A DNA stretch of 15,337 nt. It comes from Naegleria gruberi. Lineage: Eukaryota. Positions 1 through 8,081 of the stretch are shown one piece after another (the stretch's first letter is position 1; each line of letters begins with the position of its first letter). The translations under genes and the position numbers were made by a program. Location of the stretch: assembly GCA_000004985.1 (NCBI GenBank), contig GG738973.1; one strand, given 5' to 3'. The notes beneath the pieces were generated by a model. The model was not told where the DNA came from and did not search any database. It saw nothing but the letters and a program-made list of their open reading frames with translations.

Positions 1-253
1 CGGGTCAATTTAAGGTATTGTCTGATTTCAATTCCGCAACCATTCTAAAAGAAAATCAAGAATTGGGATTATTAACTACTGAAAAACAAGCTGTATTACT
101 GCTGTTGAGAAGGAGAATCAAGACTTCAAGAAGGAAAATCAAGACCTCAAAACCCGTATTACTGATGTTGAGAAGGAGAACGAAGGCTTTAAAATCCGTA
201 TTACTAATGTTGAACAAGAATTGCAACTTATGCAAATTCTTAATGCCTTATAA
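1..253 (+). CDS. 3' end of a heptad-repeat coiled-coil protein gene. It is partial, continues upstream of the window, and has an apparent 1-nt frameshift near 97-101.
   Basis: Frame 3 is open from the window edge to ~100 and reads ...GQFKVLSDFNSATILKENQELGLLTTEKQAV. Frame 2 is open from 83 to the TAA at 251-253 and reads ...AVEKENQDFKKENQDLKTRITDVEKENEGFKIRITNVEQELQLMQILNAL*. Both segments are E/K/Q/N-rich heptad sequence, so a single indel around gctgtatta|ctgctgttgag is the simplest link between them. Frame 2 has a TGA at 80-82, so neither frame alone is complete. This may be a true pseudogene or a draft-assembly error. Confidence 0.4.
104..214 (+). repeat. Internal coding tandem repeats (21-nt heptad units) inside the coiled-coil gene.
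   Basis: aatcaagac recurs at 116-124 and 137-145 (21-nt spacing, ENQDFKK/ENQDLKT). gttgagaaggagaa[t/c][c/g]aag recurs at 104-122 and 167-185 (63-nt spacing, 17/19 identical). cgtattact[g/a]atgttga recurs at 155-172 and 197-214 (42-nt spacing). Confidence 0.6.
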
Positions 254-262
254 TGCTCCTTT

Positions 263-556
263 ATGTTGTTTACTGAAAAGTATTTACAAGAAAAAACTGG
301 AAGTTGGTGGGAAAAAATGGATAATTACATCAACCTTACTAATCCACAAGTTCTTACTGTTGGGTTATCTTTCTCTGATATCAAAACACTTTGGCAATTC
401 TATACCAACAATTACCCTCAAAGGAATAAGATTGCACACACTGCAACAAAAACAATATCTTTATTTAATGATATATTAAACAAGCTCATTGAAGAATTCC
501 TAAACTGGGCAGAACAACACGATCCTTTTATTCACACTCTCTGTGAACTCACTTAG
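263..556 (+). CDS. Hypothetical 97-aa ORF whose stop codon lies inside the left terminal inverted repeat.
   Basis: ATG at 263 lies in the same frame as the coiled-coil reading frame, 9 nt after its TAA. The protein is MLFTEKYLQEKTGSWWEKMDNYINLTNPQVLTVGLSFSDIKTLWQFYTNNYPQRNKIAHTATKTISLFNDILNKLIEEFLNWAEQHDPFIHTLCELT. Composition is plausibly coding but I recognise no family. The last 19 nt, including the TAG at 554-556, fall within the 43-bp inverted repeat. By chance, roughly one ORF of this length is expected in this much AT-rich DNA. Confidence 0.3.
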   Translation: MLFTEKYLQEKTGSWWEKMDNYINLTNPQVLTVGLSFSDIKTLWQFYTNNYPQRNKIAHTATKTISLFNDILNKLIEEFLNWAEQHDPFIHTLCELT

Positions 557-580
557 TGTGAATTAGACTAACGCTGAAGC
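538..580. repeat. Left terminal inverted repeat, 43 bp.
   Basis: tctctgtgaactcacttagtgtgaattagactaacgctgaagc is the exact reverse complement of 1387-1429 (43/43). The match ends on both sides: 537 versus 1430 and 581 versus 1386 do not pair. Confidence 0.65.
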
Positions 581-1386
581 AGTGAAAGTTGGCCCAAAAA
601 ATTTTTTGTCAAAAAAATGGCAAAGTCAAGAAAAATGGGCAAAAAAATGCAAAGTCAGAGATTTCCCTCCTTGCAAAACAGCCCGCCAACACCGTTACGA
701 ATAAAATTTGAAATAAATAGAAATTTTTCACCTTTAAATAGTGGTTTTATTGAAGATTAAAGTAATGTTTCTACCAACAACCGTATCAGAGTACCTCGTA
801 AGCTAGTGGACAAGGATGACAAGCAACCTAGAGTGCTCCAATAACTGGTCAAAGAATAAGGTGTAACTTCTCCAAATTCGTTGGTGGTCAACAGCAAGGA
901 TTTGTCTACTTCCATCTATGATATTCTTGCTGAAGGAAGACAACCCTTAAAACCATTTCACATTCTTCATGTTAACAACACTATGGCTACTTGTTTTCCT
1001 GCGGCACTTGGCGATGTTCTTTACAGCAATGGAATCCATCATACAACAATTACGAATTAATTAATGGTCCACGAGATGAGTATGAAGTTTTCGAAAAGAC
1101 TTACCTTAGAGGAGAGAGGCAGAGAAAGTACATAACAAAAACTACCTCCACTGTGGTGGGAAGGCGAACGAGGTGAATAGGATTGACATCATCACAAGAT
1201 ATTTGTTTTTGACCAATGATATGGAAGATGACTTGGTGCCTCTGGTGCTGACTACAGTTCCGATGATGGTGTGAGTAGTGATGATGAGTAATTAATTTTT
1301 TTTTATTAAATTTAAACATTAAGAGGGGCGCGAGTTTTTGTAACTTTGCCATTTGTTTAAGGGTCGCGAGCGACACTTTTTACCAG

Positions 1387-1429
1387 GCTTCAGCGTTAGT
1401 CTAATTCACACTAAGTGAGTTCACAGAGA
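1387..1429. repeat. Right terminal inverted repeat, 43 bp.
   Basis: gcttcagcgttagtctaattcacactaagtgagttcacagaga is the reverse complement of 538-580 (43/43). Confidence 0.65.
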
Positions 1430-1938
1430 CAAGAAGTACTACTCTCAACACTTCAAGATGATTCAAATGGTCAGACTGCAACTGCACATGAAATAAATAT
1501 GAATTTCGGTTGATATTTTAATAGCAGATATATGAATGGTAAAATTACCAGCTCTATTGAGTGAGTTGGTCTGTATCTATGGTTAAGGGATTGAGCGATG
1601 ATCATTGATCTTTGATACAGAAAGAGTCTTAACAATGATTGAGAACAAATTTCCAAACCCTCTGATTCGTCAAATATGAATACTTCACCAATCAAAATAT
1701 TGAATTCTTCCATTCAAATTTTTAGTAACTTATCTATTGCTTCCCATACGTTCTAAATTTGCTCAATTTGAATGATTTTAAGAATGATTGAAATGCGCTC
1801 ATTTATCTTCTGAATAGTATTAAAAGATAAAAACTCAATGATGTTGGTTCGTACCCGTAATCAATTACTAATAAAGAGTTGTTTCTTTGAAATATCTGAA
1901 TCGTCCAATGAACATGACTCCACACAATAGTAATTTAG

Positions 1939-4900
1939 NNNNNNNNNNNNNNNNNNNNNNNNNNNNNNNNNNNNNNNNNNNNNNNNNNNNNNNNNNNNNN
2001 NNNNNNNNNNNNNNNNNNNNNNNNNNNNNNNNNNNNNNNNNNNNNNNNNNNNNNNNNNNNNNNNNNNNNNNNNNNNNNNNNNNNNNNNNNNNNNNNNNNN
2101 NNNNNNNNNNNNNNNNNNNNNNNNNNNNNNNNNNNNNNNNNNNNNNNNNNNNNNNNNNNNNNNNNNNNNNNNNNNNNNNNNNNNNNNNNNNNNNNNNNNN
2201 NNNNNNNNNNNNNNNNNNNNNNNNNNNNNNNNNNNNNNNNNNNNNNNNNNNNNNNNNNNNNNNNNNNNNNNNNNNNNNNNNNNNNNNNNNNNNNNNNNNN
2301 NNNNNNNNNNNNNNNNNNNNNNNNNNNNNNNNNNNNNNNNNNNNNNNNNNNNNNNNNNNNNNNNNNNNNNNNNNNNNNNNNNNNNNNNNNNNNNNNNNNN
2401 NNNNNNNNNNNNNNNNNNNNNNNNNNNNNNNNNNNNNNNNNNNNNNNNNNNNNNNNNNNNNNNNNNNNNNNNNNNNNNNNNNNNNNNNNNNNNNNNNNNN
2501 NNNNNNNNNNNNNNNNNNNNNNNNNNNNNNNNNNNNNNNNNNNNNNNNNNNNNNNNNNNNNNNNNNNNNNNNNNNNNNNNNNNNNNNNNNNNNNNNNNNN
2601 NNNNNNNNNNNNNNNNNNNNNNNNNNNNNNNNNNNNNNNNNNNNNNNNNNNNNNNNNNNNNNNNNNNNNNNNNNNNNNNNNNNNNNNNNNNNNNNNNNNN
2701 NNNNNNNNNNNNNNNNNNNNNNNNNNNNNNNNNNNNNNNNNNNNNNNNNNNNNNNNNNNNNNNNNNNNNNNNNNNNNNNNNNNNNNNNNNNNNNNNNNNN
2801 NNNNNNNNNNNNNNNNNNNNNNNNNNNNNNNNNNNNNNNNNNNNNNNNNNNNNNNNNNNNNNNNNNNNNNNNNNNNNNNNNNNNNNNNNNNNNNNNNNNN
2901 NNNNNNNNNNNNNNNNNNNNNNNNNNNNNNNNNNNNNNNNNNNNNNNNNNNNNNNNNNNNNNNNNNNNNNNNNNNNNNNNNNNNNNNNNNNNNNNNNNNN
3001 NNNNNNNNNNNNNNNNNNNNNNNNNNNNNNNNNNNNNNNNNNNNNNNNNNNNNNNNNNNNNNNNNNNNNNNNNNNNNNNNNNNNNNNNNNNNNNNNNNNN
3101 NNNNNNNNNNNNNNNNNNNNNNNNNNNNNNNNNNNNNNNNNNNNNNNNNNNNNNNNNNNNNNNNNNNNNNNNNNNNNNNNNNNNNNNNNNNNNNNNNNNN
3201 NNNNNNNNNNNNNNNNNNNNNNNNNNNNNNNNNNNNNNNNNNNNNNNNNNNNNNNNNNNNNNNNNNNNNNNNNNNNNNNNNNNNNNNNNNNNNNNNNNNN
3301 NNNNNNNNNNNNNNNNNNNNNNNNNNNNNNNNNNNNNNNNNNNNNNNNNNNNNNNNNNNNNNNNNNNNNNNNNNNNNNNNNNNNNNNNNNNNNNNNNNNN
3401 NNNNNNNNNNNNNNNNNNNNNNNNNNNNNNNNNNNNNNNNNNNNNNNNNNNNNNNNNNNNNNNNNNNNNNNNNNNNNNNNNNNNNNNNNNNNNNNNNNNN
3501 NNNNNNNNNNNNNNNNNNNNNNNNNNNNNNNNNNNNNNNNNNNNNNNNNNNNNNNNNNNNNNNNNNNNNNNNNNNNNNNNNNNNNNNNNNNNNNNNNNNN
3601 NNNNNNNNNNNNNNNNNNNNNNNNNNNNNNNNNNNNNNNNNNNNNNNNNNNNNNNNNNNNNNNNNNNNNNNNNNNNNNNNNNNNNNNNNNNNNNNNNNNN
3701 NNNNNNNNNNNNNNNNNNNNNNNNNNNNNNNNNNNNNNNNNNNNNNNNNNNNNNNNNNNNNNNNNNNNNNNNNNNNNNNNNNNNNNNNNNNNNNNNNNNN
3801 NNNNNNNNNNNNNNNNNNNNNNNNNNNNNNNNNNNNNNNNNNNNNNNNNNNNNNNNNNNNNNNNNNNNNNNNNNNNNNNNNNNNNNNNNNNNNNNNNNNN
3901 NNNNNNNNNNNNNNNNNNNNNNNNNNNNNNNNNNNNNNNNNNNNNNNNNNNNNNNNNNNNNNNNNNNNNNNNNNNNNNNNNNNNNNNNNNNNNNNNNNNN
4001 NNNNNNNNNNNNNNNNNNNNNNNNNNNNNNNNNNNNNNNNNNNNNNNNNNNNNNNNNNNNNNNNNNNNNNNNNNNNNNNNNNNNNNNNNNNNNNNNNNNN
4101 NNNNNNNNNNNNNNNNNNNNNNNNNNNNNNNNNNNNNNNNNNNNNNNNNNNNNNNNNNNNNNNNNNNNNNNNNNNNNNNNNNNNNNNNNNNNNNNNNNNN
4201 NNNNNNNNNNNNNNNNNNNNNNNNNNNNNNNNNNNNNNNNNNNNNNNNNNNNNNNNNNNNNNNNNNNNNNNNNNNNNNNNNNNNNNNNNNNNNNNNNNNN
4301 NNNNNNNNNNNNNNNNNNNNNNNNNNNNNNNNNNNNNNNNNNNNNNNNNNNNNNNNNNNNNNNNNNNNNNNNNNNNNNNNNNNNNNNNNNNNNNNNNNNN
4401 NNNNNNNNNNNNNNNNNNNNNNNNNNNNNNNNNNNNNNNNNNNNNNNNNNNNNNNNNNNNNNNNNNNNNNNNNNNNNNNNNNNNNNNNNNNNNNNNNNNN
4501 NNNNNNNNNNNNNNNNNNNNNNNNNNNNNNNNNNNNNNNNNNNNNNNNNNNNNNNNNNNNNNNNNNNNNNNNNNNNNNNNNNNNNNNNNNNNNNNNNNNN
4601 NNNNNNNNNNNNNNNNNNNNNNNNNNNNNNNNNNNNNNNNNNNNNNNNNNNNNNNNNNNNNNNNNNNNNNNNNNNNNNNNNNNNNNNNNNNNNNNNNNNN
4701 NNNNNNNNNNNNNNNNNNNNNNNNNNNNNNNNNNNNNNNNNNNNNNNNNNNNNNNNNNNNNNNNNNNNNNNNNNNNNNNNNNNNNNNNNNNNNNNNNNNN
4801 NNNNNNNNNNNNNNNNNNNNNNNNNNNNNNNNNNNNNNNNNNNNNNNNNNNNNNNNNNNNNNNNNNNNNNNNNNNNNNNNNNNNNNNNNNNNNNNNNNNN

Positions 4901-6386
4901 NNNNNNNNNNNNNNNNNNNNNNNNNNNNNNNNNNNNNNNNNNNNNNNNNNNNNNNNNNNNNNNNNNNNNNNNNNNNNNNNNNNNNNNNNNNNNNNNNNNN
5001 NNNNNNNNNNNNNNNNNNNNNNNNNNNNNNNNNNNNNNNNNNNNNNNNNNNNNNNNNNNNNNNNNNNNNNNNNNNNNNNNNNNNNNNNNNNNNNNNNNNN
5101 NNNNNNNNNNNNNNNNNNNNNNNNNNNNNNNNNNNNNNNNNNNNNNNNNNNNNNNNNNNNNNNNNNNNNNNNNNNNNNNNNNNNNNNNNNNNNNNNNNNN
5201 NNNNNNNNNNNNNNNNNNNNNNNNNNNNNNNNNNNNNNNNNNNNNNNNNNNNNNNNNNNNNNNNNNNNNNNNNNNNNNNNNNNNNNNNNNNNNNNNNNNN
5301 NNNNNNNNNNNNNNNNNNNNNNNNNNNNNNNNNNNNNNNNNNNNNNNNNNNNNNNNNNNNNNNNNNNNNNNNNNNNNNNNNNNNNNNNNNNNNNNNNNNN
5401 NNNNNNNNNNNNNNNNNNNNNNNNNNNNNNNNNNNNNNNNNNNNNNNNNNNNNNNNNNNNNNNNNNNNNNNNNNNNNNNNNNNNNNNNNNNNNNNNNNNN
5501 NNNNNNNNNNNNNNNNNNNNNNNNNNNNNNNNNNNNNNNNNNNNNNNNNNNNNNNNNNNNNNNNNNNNNNNNNNNNNNNNNNNNNNNNNNNNNNNNNNNN
5601 NNNNNNNNNNNNNNNNNNNNNNNNNNNNNNNNNNNNNNNNNNNNNNNNNNNNNNNNNNNNNNNNNNNNNNNNNNNNNNNNNNNNNNNNNNNNNNNNNNNN
5701 NNNNNNNNNNNNNNNNNNNNNNNNNNNNNNNNNNNNNNNNNNNNNNNNNNNNNNNNNNNNNNNNNNNNNNNNNNNNNNNNNNNNNNNNNNNNNNNNNNNN
5801 NNNNNNNNNNNNNNNNNNNNNNNNNNNNNNNNNNNNNNNNNNNNNNNNNNNNNNNNNNNNNNNNNNNNNNNNNNNNNNNNNNNNNNNNNNNNNNNNNNNN
5901 NNNNNNNNNNNNNNNNNNNNNNNNNNNNNNNNNNNNNNNNNNNNNNNNNNNNNNNNNNNNNNNNNNNNNNNNNNNNNNNNNNNNNNNNNNNNNNNNNNNN
6001 NNNNNNNNNNNNNNNNNNNNNNNNNNNNNNNNNNNNNNNNNNNNNNNNNNNNNNNNNNNNNNNNNNNNNNNNNNNNNNNNNNNNNNNNNNNNNNNNNNNN
6101 NNNNNNNNNNNNNNNNNNNNNNNNNNNNNNNNNNNNNNNNNNNNNNNNNNNNNNNNNNNNNNNNNNNNNNNNNNNNNNNNNNNNNNNNNNNNNNNNNNNN
6201 NNNNNNNNNNNNNNNNNNNNNNNNNNNNNNNNNNNNNNNNNNNNNNNNNNNNNNNNNNNNNNNNNNNNNNNNNNNNNNNNNNNNNNNNNNNNNNNNNNNN
6301 NNNNNNNNNNNNNNNNNNNNNNNNNNNNNNNNNNNNNNNNNNNNNNNNNNNNNNNNNNNNNNNNNNNNNNNNNNNNNNNNNNNNNN
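1939..6386. other. Run of 4,448 N (scaffold gap or hard-masked sequence).
   Basis: Uninterrupted n characters. The ORFs in the provided track that span it are X-translation artefacts. Confidence 0.99.
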
Positions 6387-6512
6387 TGTGGCACTAAAAC
6401 ACCACCATTTGCAATCCGCTAATGTCAATGCAATGAATAGAGGAAAAATAGAAAGCATTGATATCCCAACAATCTTACTATGAAATGAAGATTTCTTTTG
6501 TTTAGACTTGGC

Positions 6513-6674
6513 TTAATTAAACTTGAAGAAACTCATTACATAATGAACTGCACCAAGTATGGTGCCACTCAAGATATTCACATACGATCCAATTTGACTT
6601 AGATTAGAATTGAAAATGGCTCCATAATCACCAGTTGAATAATCAGTTTTCAAAAAGAAAAAGTAGATTGACAT
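6513..6674 (-). CDS. Possible small ORF or terminal exon encoding a hydrophobic C-terminal segment. Weak.
   Basis: The minus-strand ATG at 6674-6672 opens a 53-aa ORF (MSIYFFFLKTDYSTGDYGAIFNSNLSQIGSYVNILSGTILGAVHYVMSFFKFN*) with TAA at 6515-6513. The frame is open upstream to a TAA at 6812-6810 (99 codons in total). A polypyrimidine-AG motif (ttttcatttcag) lies just 5' of the ATG, around 6685-6695. The ORF is too short for the supplied track, and I recognise no homology. Confidence 0.15.
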   Translation of the reverse strand: MSIYFFFLKTDYSTGDYGAIFNSNLSQIGSYVNILSGTILGAVHYVMSFFKFN

Positions 6675-7030
6675 AACTATGCCTATAACTGAAATGAAAA
6701 CATGAGGATAATTCTCCTGCCCATTTTTTTTGATATCTTTCTCTTCTATTAATAGTAGAGATTTGGAGTTACTAGTATTAGAAAATATTATGCTTTTAAA
6801 TGATTCTTCTTAATGAAATTTATTCAAAATATTGTTTGTAATATTGTACTTTACAATATTGAGCCAATGGTAGGTCTAAATATGTGTTCGTAATCATAGT
6901 AATGCGACAGCCCATTGTATTTGGAAGTATTTGCATGAAGTGATAACATTCTTAAAAAAAACGAAATGAATGTATGTTGATGCTCTGTAATTATTAGTTT
7001 GAAGACTAACACCCCATTCTCGTTGTTATT

Positions 7031-7133
7031 TGATGATCATCTTTTGATATATTGGTGGATGATGAATATTTGTGATTTTTAATATGTGATGATATTTTGT
7101 GTGGATGACGACGGCTAATCATCAATAATCATC
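7031..7133. promoter_or_regulatory. Cluster of (T)GATGA motifs in both orientations, 100-200 bp upstream of the secreted-protein gene.
   Basis: tgatga at 7031-7036. gatgatga at 7058-7065. tgatga at 7087-7092. gatga at 7104-7108. tcatca at 7119-7124 and tcatc at 7129-7133 are the reverse-complement forms. That is six or more copies in ~100 bp of AT-rich intergenic DNA. Function is inferred only from position. Confidence 0.2.
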
Positions 7134-7229
7134 TTTATCATAATGGAATAATTATCTTCTATTAATATGAATAATAATATTTACATGCTATCATCTCATT
7201 ATTAACTTCTAACATGTATTATTGCTTTC

Positions 7230-7316
7230 ATGAAAATTATAACAAAACAGCCTAGAAATATTTGCCTCGTTCTCCTCCTTCTCATTGTTGCTCTCGTAGT
7301 AGCTCCATCATACCAA
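7230..7316 (+). other. Predicted signal peptide of the secreted protein, about 26-29 aa.
   Basis: A basic n-region (KQPR) is followed by a 16-residue hydrophobic h-region (NICLVLLLLIVALVVA) and a small polar c-region (PSYQ). The exact cleavage site is not determinable by eye. Confidence 0.55.
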
Positions 7317-7862
7317 TTGTCTCTCTCACCAGAACTTCGTGCCACTTGTTTGGCTGCCATTCAAAGCTATGATAAGTGTACCTTCTATACACAATGTTTG
7401 GAAAAGATCAAGCCTTGTGGTCCTAATGGTTATGCTCTTGGATATGGTTACAAGTATTGTTCTAAATTCTTCTCTGATGTTAATAGTGGAGCTTACAAGA
7501 GTGAATATGCTCAAAAGTGGGTTTCTTCAACTGGTCACTGTTTGCAAAAGTTCTTGATGCAAAATGTTGTTGAAAAGTTGTTGTCTAATACTGGATCTGA
7601 ATGGAATTGTGAACGTATCATTGATGCTAGCTTTAATTCCCATCCTGGATGTTATACTGATTCCATCTCACCTATTGATGGTCAAAAGTATAGTATTTGT
7701 AAGCTTAGAAATGTTTTTGATGTCAAGACTGTTTTGATGACTGTCGATGCTAAGGACTTGTTGACTGCTAGATCTATGAAGCAAATTGTTGGTGTCTTGA
7801 AGAATTGTATGTCTGATGTCTTGTCTTTGGATGAAGTCAATGAATTGAATGATTACCTTTAA
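7230..7862 (+). CDS. Secreted cysteine-rich protein, 210 aa, with a signal peptide and stanniocalcin-like cysteine spacing.
   Basis: ATG at 7230 to TAA at 7860-7862, uninterrupted. Strong yeast-like codon bias (ttg, aag, gct, tct, ggt, aga) with no CTG codons. The N-terminus MKIITKQPR-NICLVLLLLIVALVVA-PSYQ has the n-region, h-region and c-region of a signal peptide. The mature part has 10 Cys with spacings 9,5,6,13,26,22,13,15,35. Human STC1 is 8,4,5,8,23,15,13,6,34. Shared local motifs include RATCL/VVRCL, QCLEK/ACLEN, YCSKFF/ICKSFL, ERIIDA/QRMIAE and GCYTD/ECYSK. The STC1 sequence is recalled from memory. Confidence 0.8.
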   Translation: MKIITKQPRNICLVLLLLIVALVVAPSYQLSLSPELRATCLAAIQSYDKCTFYTQCLEKIKPCGPNGYALGYGYKYCSKFFSDVNSGAYKSEYAQKWVSSTGHCLQKFLMQNVVEKLLSNTGSEWNCERIIDASFNSHPGCYTDSISPIDGQKYSICKLRNVFDVKTVLMTVDAKDLLTARSMKQIVGVLKNCMSDVLSLDEVNELNDYL

Positions 7863-8081
7863 ATTATTTTCCAATTAATTAATTATATTAAATAAATATT
7901 AATTTATTACTACATTTAATACTACGTAGTATGAGAATCATGATGTTATTGAACAAGAACAATTAAGAAGTAGTAACAATTAATTGGTGATGGTGATAGA
8001 AAATTCTCTCTTCCACGTAAGTGCCAGCTAATACAATCCAAAAATTATCATCACAACAATAAAAATTAATTATAAAAAAAT

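Larger units (their letters stand above)
538..1429. mobile_element. Candidate non-autonomous DNA transposon (MITE-like), 892 bp, bounded by perfect 43-bp TIRs.
   Basis: Perfect 43-bp inverted termini. The interior (581-1386) has no convincing ORF; the only ones are short, including a His-rich antisense ORF. It contains low-complexity A/T runs with imperfect tandem aaaaaaatg(g)caaagtcaga units (613-660). It also holds locally GC-rich islands (cagcccgccaacaccgttacg 681-701; gggcgcgag 1325-1333; gggtcgcgagcgac 1361-1374) that stand out against the AT-rich surroundings. No clean target-site duplication is visible (flanks ttcacac | caagaag). I cannot exclude that the two repeats are instead the ends of two larger inverted elements. 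Confidence 0.45.

Noticed and set aside
251-253. The idea that TAA here is read as glutamine (ciliate nuclear code), which would fuse the coiled-coil frame to ORF 263-556.
   Set aside because: All eight Gln codons in the SEC13 fragment are CAA. All four well-supported genes (the STC-like gene, the eS30-like gene, the LRR gene and the frame of 13540-13908) end cleanly at TAA or TGA. The standard code fits.
601-613. aaaaaaatttttt A/T palindrome inside the element.
   Set aside because: It is trivial in AT-rich low-complexity DNA and not distinguishable from a chance homopolymer junction.
991-1376. ORFs inside the TIR element: 991..1176 (+) and the His-rich 1101..1376 (-).
   Set aside because: They are short, overlap each other, are low-complexity, and translate a gatgatg/gtgatga repeat. 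This is not convincing coding sequence.
1471-1713. 80-aa minus-strand ORF (MEEFNILIGEVFIFDESEGLEICSQ…).
   Set aside because: I recognise no homology. A few ORFs of this length are expected by chance in ~6.7 kb of AT-rich sequence on six frames, and it has no supporting context.
1868-6458. Three ~1,500-aa ORFs in the supplied track that span the first N run.
   Set aside because: They consist almost entirely of X from translated Ns. They are artefacts of n not forming stop codons.
7326-7874. Antisense or out-of-frame ORFs overlapping the secreted-protein gene (7326..7514 -, 7339..7557 +, 7668..7874 -).
   Set aside because: They overlap a clearly coding, codon-biased gene on the other frame or strand.
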